A DNA stretch of 64,000 nucleotides from a virus. Location: the IMG/VR virus record IMGVR_UViG_3300043548_000582, positions 1-64,000 of that record. One strand, written 5' to 3'. The stretch's first letter is position 1; each line of letters begins with the position of its first letter. A model generated the notes under the pieces. That model was given only the letters and a program-made list of their open reading frames with translations, did no database searches and was not told the origin of the DNA. The translations under genes were made by a program, and so were the position numbers. This document shows, one piece after another, positions 38,024-47,129 of this stretch.

Positions 38024-39106
38024 TTAAAACTTGAATACTGGTATCGCATATGAACCAGTCCCATATGAGGTTTCTATAACTATAAATCCAGCGGATGATA
38101 ATAAGATATTATTACTAGTCAACCCGTTTGATGAGATTGCACTTATAAGGGTTTGATTTGTGTATGTTGTCTGTAAAGGATTCCCGTTGAATACAGATAA
38201 CATGGAAGTGTTTGTCTCATTTCCAGTAAACGATTGTGTTATAGTCGAAGACAGTGATGTAATTTGACCCTTTGAATTGTATGTGAAGTTGGAAAAACTA
38301 GCATTTCCTCCACTACCCAATATGTCTTTCAATGAAATTACATTGGAGTTATTTTGAATAGTTGCGCCATCAACACTTGCGATGATGGAGACTAACTTCC
38401 CAGCACTTAAACTTAATCCATTTCCAATAGCGTCAGGGCCGATGGAACTCAAACCAACAGAACCCAAAGGCACGCTCGTCAAGGACAGAACACCACTATT
38501 GAACGAGAAACCAGATCCCACATTTAATCTTATGGTATTGCCGCTTCCACCTGTCAATCCGTCGCCAAATGAGCTTGATGCTATGTGGTTTTGATTGATT
38601 TGAAGGACGGATAATTGATTTGTTGTGGAAATCGTGAGGGTAACTCTATCTACATTGGCAGATAATCCATTGGAAGCGGTTGCAACCAACCCACCTTGGT
38701 TATAGGCAGCGCTTTGATCAAAATTAGCGCCACTTATCGCGTTATTTTTGATGCTTAATTGTCTCGATGTGTTATAGTATAGACTTGTGTTATCAGGATT
38801 GGTTCCAATAAATACCCAAGAAGACAATTGACTATAATCCGATCCAGATAATTGATACAAGAACCCGTTTTCATTTACAATATCCCCTCGAACTGCATTT
38901 TGGAGAGTGTTTCTTGTATTTGAAACAGTCAAAGGATCGTGATTTAAGTTGCCAGCAACCACACCTCCAGATAGAATACCATTCCCTATGAATAAACGTT
39001 TAGTATCAACTGTAAATCCAAGCTCTCCTTGCTCAAGTATGATTCTCTGACGTTGTGAATCCGTTCCTCTTCTTACTTTAAGTTTGATTATTGAAATATC
39101 TGCCAT
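38024..39106 (-). CDS. Fibre-like virion protein with Mtd-N-type module
   Basis: KLKVRRGTD...LEQGELGFTVDTKRLFIGNG; G.GL repeats. Confidence 0.75.
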   Translation of the reverse strand: MADISIIKLKVRRGTDSQRQRIILEQGELGFTVDTKRLFIGNGILSGGVVAGNLNHDPLTVSNTRNTLQNAVRGDIVNENGFLYQLSGSDYSQLSSWVFIGTNPDNTSLYYNTSRQLSIKNNAISGANFDQSAAYNQGGLVATASNGLSANVDRVTLTISTTNQLSVLQINQNHIASSSFGDGLTGGSGNTIRLNVGSGFSFNSGVLSLTSVPLGSVGLSSIGPDAIGNGLSLSAGKLVSIIASVDGATIQNNSNVISLKDILGSGGNASFSNFTYNSKGQITSLSSTITQSFTGNETNTSMLSVFNGNPLQTTYTNQTLISAISSNGLTSNNILLSSAGFIVIETSYGTGSYAIPVFKF

Positions 39107-39108
39107 AA

Positions 39109-39792
39109 TTATGAAATTCTATTCCAAACATACACACCGTATGATGGATTTGTTAGTGTTATAGGGGTTATTTGTGAAGCTCCAACCACTCCAGAAGTTC
39201 TTCCAACAGAAGGTACCACTGCGTTTCCCTCTAATCTATAAGAAACTGGGTTGGTTTGTAACCTTCCACCTCTCGCTAAGTAATTTGTAGAAATCAAAGA
39301 ATCTTTATCTGCGGAAAAGTCTTCAATTTCGTTTGCTATGAAGTGAAAGTGATCCGGTATATTAGAAGAAGATAATGTTTGTTGATAAAAACCCCCAGTA
39401 TTAGCACCTACGGTCACAGTTTTGGAAACACCCCCAGCATCAGTTCCGGTGCCGACTCCTGTTATCACCATTCCCTGTGATACTTGAACCCACGACGTTC
39501 CTATAAAGCGGGTAGCGGGGTTTGTGGAATCCAATGTTAATAAGCACGACCCTACTGGATAAATGTAATCAATTAATTTGATTAGATTTGGCTGAGATGG
39601 GAAAATTATGTTTCCTGCGCTCAAGGAACCCGTTACGACAGCCCCATTGTTCTCCATACCCAGAGAAAGAGATGATTTGTTGCCTAAACCGTCATAAACA
39701 TCGGTTATATTTGCAGATGAAAGCGATTCTGCTTCCACATGCAACAAAGATCCGTATAAATCAGATATGAACTGATCGGTGAGTGATTTCAT
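39109..39792 (-). CDS. Baseplate/short-fibre protein with gp10 C-terminal-like domain
   Basis: IYPVGS.....NPA....TSW.....G...GVG; HFH; PSYGVYVWNRI. Confidence 0.75.
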   Translation of the reverse strand: MKSLTDQFISDLYGSLLHVEAESLSSANITDVYDGLGNKSSLSLGMENNGAVVTGSLSAGNIIFPSQPNLIKLIDYIYPVGSCLLTLDSTNPATRFIGTSWVQVSQGMVITGVGTGTDAGGVSKTVTVGANTGGFYQQTLSSSNIPDHFHFIANEIEDFSADKDSLISTNYLARGGRLQTNPVSYRLEGNAVVPSVGRTSGVVGASQITPITLTNPSYGVYVWNRIS

Positions 39793-39821
39793 TAGTTATA
39801 TTTATGCTTAAAAATTGCTTT

Positions 39822-41531
39822 TCAAGATAAATCCACTAGTTTCTTTTGCAGATCATTTATCAATGTGAATATTCGCTGCAAAGATACAACATTTACATTC
39901 TCGTTACCGTTTAATATCAAGTTAGTCAACTCATAAGTTAATTCAGGCGTTGGAATTACAGATAATGTTGGATTTGCCAAATCTCCAGTGCTTGATTTCA
40001 CCTTTTCAACGATGGTTGCGATGTTGATGGTATCAATTAGGAGATTTGTGATGATTGAATTGAAAGAAATACCAACGCTGCTCGTATTACATTTTATCCC
40101 CGTGAATGCTTTTGATACATTTAATGGCACATAGGTTTCATACAACGAAGATCTGGTTTTAGATATGTATATACGCCCGATGTTATGCATTATGTAATAC
40201 AGATATCCATTTTTTTGGATTGTATTGTACGTCAAGTTGTTGTAACTGTTTGACAACATCTTGTTTGAATTGAACTTTATTTGGATATCGTTTATGTTTT
40301 CTTCGGTTTTGTTTATGATATAATCATTTAAATAGAAGAAATTTGAAGATCTAGCTTTAGCCAATCTGTTATTTATGTTTAAAAGCGGGCGAATTTCGGT
40401 TTCCGCTCTAGGTTGATCCGATTGTTCTATCTGGGTGATGGTCTTTTTCAGATAAAAGAAGTCAGAGTCCTCTGTTGAAAACTCAATTCCTGTAGCTTCG
40501 TCGGCATATAACAATTCTTCACGACGAAATGTGTTTGTGTAATCATCGCTATCGAAAAATATGAAATAATAGAGTCCATTCTTCTGACCGACTGCTATTA
40601 CATTGTCGTCTTCTTTTCTTATGTCAATTGCTATGAGATTATCTAGATCCAAATCACTCAATGATAGTTGTAATAGGATTTCATTTGAATATTTGTTTTT
40701 CAAATACAGAACATTCCCACTGTATTCTGTTCGCTTGTTGAATCCTATCGTATATAATCCTATATTTTCAGAGTTGGCCGAAATTGAAATGCTATCTTTT
40801 AAAAATAGATTGCTACAATCTTCGTATTTTGATAAATTATATATTAAAAGTTCAGAATTTGTATAAAAATACAATTCATCAGAATCATAATCCTGTTCAA
40901 TTTTTAAATTTACTGAGTTTTCAGCCTGACTGACTATTGTTAATTTCTTAGATGGATCGTTGAAAGTCCCGCTTAGAGCGTATGTGATATTATCAGACAC
41001 ACAATAGTATATGAAATTGTCATTGGCGTCTATTATGAAAGAACCAGACTCCACTCTATCCAAGAATGCCCATTCTTTAGAATAACTAAATGGATCGCTG
41101 TGTGTATACACGTTTTTCCCATACATTTCATCATCCGGTGTTCTAGAATCAGCCTCTGTTGAAGTTAATGTATAAAAGTAGGTGTTTTTGTAGTCGTAAG
41201 GAACATTGTTTGGATTTATGAAAATTGAATTTTTATAAATTTTCAAATTATTCTCATCAATGCGTCCGAATAACTCATTCAAGGTGTTGTCGTTTAGTAT
41301 ATCCAACGCATTTGGAACTGCTAAATCGATAGTTGGTGTGATTCCATCGAAAACAGCATAATTTAAATACAAATCACTTAAAAAGTTTGATTTTGGAGTC
41401 AATTCTCTGGATTCATAGCTTGGTTTTTTACCAGAATATGCAACGCCGCTCAACACATGGAAATAGCCACTGTAAGGAGCTGAATCCAGTGTGAATGCAT
41501 TGCCATCATCATATTTGAAATAAGAAATCAT
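39822..41531 (-). CDS. Hypothetical structural protein
   Basis: 569 aa in the late structural operon; YSGYFHV..G.AYSGK N-terminus. Confidence 0.6.
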   Translation of the reverse strand: MISYFKYDDGNAFTLDSAPYSGYFHVLSGVAYSGKKPSYESRELTPKSNFLSDLYLNYAVFDGITPTIDLAVPNALDILNDNTLNELFGRIDENNLKIYKNSIFINPNNVPYDYKNTYFYTLTSTEADSRTPDDEMYGKNVYTHSDPFSYSKEWAFLDRVESGSFIIDANDNFIYYCVSDNITYALSGTFNDPSKKLTIVSQAENSVNLKIEQDYDSDELYFYTNSELLIYNLSKYEDCSNLFLKDSISISANSENIGLYTIGFNKRTEYSGNVLYLKNKYSNEILLQLSLSDLDLDNLIAIDIRKEDDNVIAVGQKNGLYYFIFFDSDDYTNTFRREELLYADEATGIEFSTEDSDFFYLKKTITQIEQSDQPRAETEIRPLLNINNRLAKARSSNFFYLNDYIINKTEENINDIQIKFNSNKMLSNSYNNLTYNTIQKNGYLYYIMHNIGRIYISKTRSSLYETYVPLNVSKAFTGIKCNTSSVGISFNSIITNLLIDTINIATIVEKVKSSTGDLANPTLSVIPTPELTYELTNLILNGNENVNVVSLQRIFTLINDLQKKLVDLS

Positions 41532-43741
41532 ATGTAATTTGTGAATTTTATGTTATTTATAATTGAAGTTGCTGGAATGTTTTGTTGGATCTTGTCCAAC
41601 ATGACGTTTTTCAGATATTCCAGAGTATCAGAGTTACTGATTCCTAAATTATCAATCGATACATTGATATAATTACTCTTATTTGAATTCCCATTGCAAA
41701 TTGTCTGGATATGTTTGATATCATCGAGAGAATTTCTCATTCCACATGGTAGAGTGATAACAATATCATCAACCGCTTGCCTGTTTTGTATAAATGGAAT
41801 TATAAATGCTAAATTCTCATCAATTTTTTGATCTGCTATTATTATATCGGTTGTTATACCATTCGGCTCTAAAAGATCTTGATCGTTGTAATAAAATTTA
41901 CCATATATGATCGATTTGTTGGAAAATTGAGCGATTTCAGTTGATATATCCAACACTTTGGCGTTATTTAAAAAGAAGAATCCTTTTCCAGTCAGGGCAT
42001 CATAACTGAAACAAACGAAATTATCTTTGTACTTCTTATAAAGTGTCGTTGCGTCGAATATCAAGGTTTGATTATTTGAATTATTGAATAATTTCAATTC
42101 AAATGTTATATCATCCGCTGTTTTTGTAATTTTTACCCCAGCATCTATATTATTTCGAAGACTTTGGATAGTCCACTCTGGATCAGATCCATTAAAGTAA
42201 AACGATAGCGTTATCTTGCCAGCATCATTGATCAAATTTTGATAATTTAATGGGATTTGATTTGCTCCACCACAATCGACAGTGTTTGTTGCTGTAATAA
42301 TATCGAATAATTCATTGTTATTGAATCTGTGGTATTCGTATTTTCTATTAGGTTGAAAGCTCAGATCACTACGCTTGTCAAAAATCACATATTTCGAAAC
42401 ATTTGAACTCAATGTTGCGTTTGTTGTGATTAAATTTTCAATTGCCTGATCATATGTGATATCAAACACGCCTTTTTCAGACAATGCATTCTTCTTGGAT
42501 ATCAAATCCGGGTAGAAGTATCGATCAACCCATGTTTTAGTTTCACCTACACCTGATAACCATGTGCATAGATAAACCTTTCCATCTTCTGAATAGTTGT
42601 TTGTGTCTATTTGATAGATTTTATCAGCATATTGTGGAGTGTCGTATCCATATGATCCACAATCCACGAATCTGGTGTCATTTATATTCAGATTGCTGAA
42701 TGGATACATACTTGAAGGAGCCTGAAATTCAGTGATACCTCGTCTTATTAAATAAGGTTTGTTGTAAAATACGTAATTTAAAGAAAGTTCAGATGAATTT
42801 TCAGAATCAATTGTGTTTGTTATATTTGTATAATTTCTGAAATCATCAACCGCTATGTCATATCCAGATGATAGAAGATTCTGACCGTTTGTGAATACAT
42901 CACTTACAGTTAGTTGATTTTTTAAAACGATAATGTCTTTATATTCAGATGAGTATGGAGAATGAATTAAAAAGTTGTTGCTTAAATCAAACTCACTTTT
43001 AGAAGAATCGATTATATTCGAAGCATTCTGATATGTCACGAATGATGTGTTTGGAGATACTTCAAGTTTATATTCTTTAGGTCTAGCGACTTTGAAATTG
43101 CTTGTTAGGATTGTATTTTTGTTTTCATCATTCAATTCAATCAATACAAGCCCATCGCCTTCTTTCTTTACCAGTTTATTACTGGAAAGAGCCTTTATAA
43201 GAAATAGTTCTTTCTTGTCGTTGTATATGTATTTGAAAAATTGAGGATTTTGCTCATCCTCTTCATCGGGAAGTAGAACATCCCATTTAAATAACAGATC
43301 GCCACTATCTTCACTTAGTAGATAAGTTTTTCCAGATTCTATAAATGATATTGTGCATAAATTATTTTGATAAAAGTCCAAATCAAAATATGTTCGTTCG
43401 CTTAATTCATCATCGAATGTTATGGAATAAGTATTTGCATTTGCAATCGGTGTTGATCTTGACAAATAAACAGATCCAGATTGCAAATAAGTCAGAAGTT
43501 TTTCTGATTTTAAAGTATTTGTGTTGAATTTTAAAAAAGTATCTGCTCTTGTATTATTCGTCAGATAAAAGTTTGAATATTCTTTGGTTTTGAAATCATT
43601 AAAACCGGAAAGCGCCAAAGGGAAATTGAAAGAAAATCCGTTTTGATATGTTCGTCTTACTTGTTTATAAGAAGTATTATCCATCGTTGACTTCCATGAT
43701 TTAGAAGTCAACGATGATAGAGATTTTATGATCGTTTCCAT
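41528..43741 (-). CDS. Hypothetical structural protein, possible LamG-like C-terminal domain
   Basis: 737 aa; FVCFSYDALTGKGFFFLN; late promoter. Confidence 0.6.
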   Translation of the reverse strand: METIIKSLSSLTSKSWKSTMDNTSYKQVRRTYQNGFSFNFPLALSGFNDFKTKEYSNFYLTNNTRADTFLKFNTNTLKSEKLLTYLQSGSVYLSRSTPIANANTYSITFDDELSERTYFDLDFYQNNLCTISFIESGKTYLLSEDSGDLLFKWDVLLPDEEDEQNPQFFKYIYNDKKELFLIKALSSNKLVKKEGDGLVLIELNDENKNTILTSNFKVARPKEYKLEVSPNTSFVTYQNASNIIDSSKSEFDLSNNFLIHSPYSSEYKDIIVLKNQLTVSDVFTNGQNLLSSGYDIAVDDFRNYTNITNTIDSENSSELSLNYVFYNKPYLIRRGITEFQAPSSMYPFSNLNINDTRFVDCGSYGYDTPQYADKIYQIDTNNYSEDGKVYLCTWLSGVGETKTWVDRYFYPDLISKKNALSEKGVFDITYDQAIENLITTNATLSSNVSKYVIFDKRSDLSFQPNRKYEYHRFNNNELFDIITATNTVDCGGANQIPLNYQNLINDAGKITLSFYFNGSDPEWTIQSLRNNIDAGVKITKTADDITFELKLFNNSNNQTLIFDATTLYKKYKDNFVCFSYDALTGKGFFFLNNAKVLDISTEIAQFSNKSIIYGKFYYNDQDLLEPNGITTDIIIADQKIDENLAFIIPFIQNRQAVDDIVITLPCGMRNSLDDIKHIQTICNGNSNKSNYINVSIDNLGISNSDTLEYLKNVMLDKIQQNIPATSIINNIKFTNYI

Positions 43742-43749
43742 TTAAATAT

Positions 43750-44391
43750 TTAAGGCGGTAGCGTAGTTGTTGTCGTAACCGGACCCGGTGTGGTTGTTGA
43801 TGTTGGACCCGGTGTGGTTGTTGGGGACGGTGTGGTTGTGGATGCTGGTATCGGGGGTGTTGGTGGTGGGGTTGTCGTATTTAAGCTTTCAGCTTCTACT
43901 AAGAACCCTCCTTTATCCACAGAAAATATAAACTGTTTGTTGTTATCAGATACTTGCATAATATTTGCATATATATGCTTCATATCCCCGATACTTTCAA
44001 AATAATCGGATGTTATTATTTTGAAAGGTTGCACTATTGAACATTTGTCACCATTTATATATTCTATATTGACTTCGGCAGATAATAATTTATATCTGGA
44101 TGTTTCTGATGGATAATAGAGGTGGGATACTTCATTTGAAAGTATTGAACTTATTTTATTATAAAGTATTTCTGGAATTATACTGTCAACTCTGTAGTCT
44201 TTACTGAATGAATTTTCAAAAATAGCAGACTCTCCATCACCCCAATTGATTCTTAGATACATGGGAATTTCAGACTCTGATATCCCACTCAATACAAAGG
44301 TCACAGAAGTCAAATCATACAGTTTGACTTCTGGTAATGTTGAAGATAGTGCGGTTGCTGAACTAGCAAATCCAATTGTGTAAGTATTCAT
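43750..44391 (-). CDS. PKD-like virion protein with a mucin-like C-terminal tail
   Basis: INWGDG...SHLY; tail TTTPPPTPPIPASTTTPSPTTTPGPTSTTTPGPVTTTTTLPP. Confidence 0.65.
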   Translation of the reverse strand: MNTYTIGFASSATALSSTLPEVKLYDLTSVTFVLSGISESEIPMYLRINWGDGESAIFENSFSKDYRVDSIIPEILYNKISSILSNEVSHLYYPSETSRYKLLSAEVNIEYINGDKCSIVQPFKIITSDYFESIGDMKHIYANIMQVSDNNKQFIFSVDKGGFLVEAESLNTTTPPPTPPIPASTTTPSPTTTPGPTSTTTPGPVTTTTTLPP

Positions 44392-47096
44392 AGAGTTAAT
44401 TCTTCGTTTATCAATGATACTGGTCCTGATGATAGATAAACATTCAGTATAGTGCTATAATTAGTTGTGAATAGGTTTGAGTAACTCTCAAACGATCCAA
44501 AATACACATCGTGTTTCAAGAATGACACATTCGGATTAATGATGAAATCATATTCATTCAATGCGATCATTTCATTTTGATCTTTTATCAAAAACGAGAT
44601 GTTGTATATATTATTGGTGCTATTATACACCAGAACTGGTTTATCTACAATATCAAACCGAACATTGCCACCAGAAACACTGAAAAATTGAGTGTTTGAA
44701 GTGTAATCTGTGTCATTTATTGGGAATATTTTCAAGTTTTTACTTGTCAACGTATCATACTTATAAATCTCTGGATATATGATGTAATTATTTGTTGAGA
44801 TTGTCGGAGTTGTACTGTTGAGAACACAATAATATACATCGGTTCCCACTTTAAATCTATTCGACAGTTGATTTACATCATTTGTTGAGTGTTCGATCAC
44901 ATAAGCTGTCGTATTTGGATTTACGAAACTTGAATTTTCATATTTTATCTTTTCGAAAATGAGATAATTGTCGGTTTCGATGGATAGTGTATCATATGCA
45001 ATCTCAAATTTATTAACGCTTGATAATTGAGCGAATACAGCGGAATTGTACTTGGAACTGAGATAAGAAAATTCACTCAGAAGAGCTGATACTCTATTGG
45101 TAGAGCCGTTTCTCACAAAAATCTTACCATTCAAGTCAATTCTGTCGTTGTAAGTGTTTCTATCAAAAGAATCCACTTCAAATGAGGTAGCATTATCGGT
45201 TTGATTGATATATGTGTAATTTACTTTATCAAATTGATAATCATAGACAAATTCTGTTGTAAATTTACCTCCATCCACATTCAAGACTGAATTTCCAGAA
45301 AGTGGTCGTAGTGTTTGTGTAAAATCGGCTGTTAATGTTGGATAAGCGGCATCTAAAAGAGCGCGTTGGAGCGGTGATTTCGTATTTAACGCAGCTTCAA
45401 ACAGAGTATTGTAGTAATACACTCCAGAACCCGGAAAACTGTTTAAATCGGAGTTTATAGGATCACTTAGAAACTCCGTATCATTTTTCATGAAGAGTCC
45501 GCCATCTCTTATTTTAAATGAAGGTTTTAAATTGGACTCCGTTGGCGCTTTTAATTCTTGATAAGGTGAGAAAAACCTGAAGAAGAGGGTCCAAGCACCT
45601 GAAGTTGAAGAAAATGAATTGGTGTATGATGATAACCCAGATCTTATTGTTTCGGTATATGATGTATCATCATATGTGAAATAATTAAAAGCATATTCTT
45701 CACCATATAAATCATCGTAGAACTGATAACCATTTAATATCAGACTTTTGATGTATGATGGTGTCCTTACTTGGATGTTTGATTTGAAATTGTCGTCTAT
45801 TTTAAATAGACCAAACTTATTTCCATACACATCTCCTTTTTGATCTGCAATATATCCAGATTCGAATATTGATTCGAATGATTGATCAAACGAATCGGAT
45901 TTCTCAGCAACATATCCGTAGTATTTTGTATCTGATTTATTAGATATCGCTTGATTGACAGCGTTTCCAGATGATGTGTTTCGTTTTAGATATTCACCAT
46001 CTACGAAAAATGTCAAAACCTCATCATTACTTCCAAATATGTTTGGATCAGGGAAAAAGTATAACGAATTTGGTTGTAAATTGGCGGTATTTATTAAAAA
46101 CGATTCGTTTTTACCATCTACAAAGACAATACTTGTTTTACTTGGCTTGAAGAACCCCAAGTCTTCTTTAGTTATTAAAGATCCTTTGTGTGTGGATGCT
46201 GTCGTCGGGTAGTTTCGGTTTAATACATTGCCGCTTTTAGCAGAAGCTTTGAAAAGCTGACCTGATACAAAATCGGTTGATGTCGAACCAGTTGAAATGT
46301 AATAAAAATCACTACTGACGCTCTTTTCAGTTAGTTTTCTTTTATTATCAAAGAGCTGATCAACTTCTTTCAGAGCTTTAATTTCATCCGATACACCTAC
46401 AAATACTTCAGAAATCAATTCTTCATTTGATTTAAGGAAAATGTTTTGATTATAATCCAAGTCCTTGTAATCATATACATATTGATCAGGGGTTTGATCG
46501 AAATATGTGCCATATACATTGTATAGCTCTTCAATATCAATTTTCAGCTTTGTTTTTATCGCTTCGATATCATATTCTATTGGTCCAAGCTCTTGATTTT
46601 CTAAGAATTCGAGGGTTTTTTCAAAAATTACCTTTTCAACTCCAAGTACGCTACCCTTTAGCTTTTTTCTAGTTATTTCGTATTTTACATCACTTCTTTT
46701 AGAATTGTAATATTTGCAAATATCTACAAGTTTTCTACTGTAAAACCCTAAAACTGTATCAAGATCGTACTCATCATTGAAATCAATCTTGGAAATGAAT
46801 TCTTTTTCTTCCAGAGTTGTATATTTCAGATTTATATCCTTTATAAACTCTCTGTATTTCTCAACTATCAGGTTGTTTTCCGTGGAATTTGAGTTTTTCT
46901 TTTTGGTATTCCAACGCTTCAAGTATTCATTGTAATACGTTTGTAATACATCGGGTTCAAAGCTTATCGAAACGGTTTTGATAAACAATAAAAACGACAT
47001 TGGAGTACTAACATCCAATGCATTAATTTCTAAAACGTTTGGGTTTGTTATACTCTTTGGTACTTCGGGATACCCGTACTGTAGCGTCGATGACAT
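44388..47096 (-). CDS. Large hypothetical structural (baseplate-associated) protein
   Basis: 902 aa; late promoter; adjacent to the gp6 block. Confidence 0.6.
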   Translation of the reverse strand: MSSTLQYGYPEVPKSITNPNVLEINALDVSTPMSFLLFIKTVSISFEPDVLQTYYNEYLKRWNTKKKNSNSTENNLIVEKYREFIKDINLKYTTLEEKEFISKIDFNDEYDLDTVLGFYSRKLVDICKYYNSKRSDVKYEITRKKLKGSVLGVEKVIFEKTLEFLENQELGPIEYDIEAIKTKLKIDIEELYNVYGTYFDQTPDQYVYDYKDLDYNQNIFLKSNEELISEVFVGVSDEIKALKEVDQLFDNKRKLTEKSVSSDFYYISTGSTSTDFVSGQLFKASAKSGNVLNRNYPTTASTHKGSLITKEDLGFFKPSKTSIVFVDGKNESFLINTANLQPNSLYFFPDPNIFGSNDEVLTFFVDGEYLKRNTSSGNAVNQAISNKSDTKYYGYVAEKSDSFDQSFESIFESGYIADQKGDVYGNKFGLFKIDDNFKSNIQVRTPSYIKSLILNGYQFYDDLYGEEYAFNYFTYDDTSYTETIRSGLSSYTNSFSSTSGAWTLFFRFFSPYQELKAPTESNLKPSFKIRDGGLFMKNDTEFLSDPINSDLNSFPGSGVYYYNTLFEAALNTKSPLQRALLDAAYPTLTADFTQTLRPLSGNSVLNVDGGKFTTEFVYDYQFDKVNYTYINQTDNATSFEVDSFDRNTYNDRIDLNGKIFVRNGSTNRVSALLSEFSYLSSKYNSAVFAQLSSVNKFEIAYDTLSIETDNYLIFEKIKYENSSFVNPNTTAYVIEHSTNDVNQLSNRFKVGTDVYYCVLNSTTPTISTNNYIIYPEIYKYDTLTSKNLKIFPINDTDYTSNTQFFSVSGGNVRFDIVDKPVLVYNSTNNIYNISFLIKDQNEMIALNEYDFIINPNVSFLKHDVYFGSFESYSNLFTTNYSTILNVYLSSGPVSLINEELTL

Positions 47097-47129
47097 TGAT
47101 AATATTTACTTGTCAGATGCCGACTTTGA

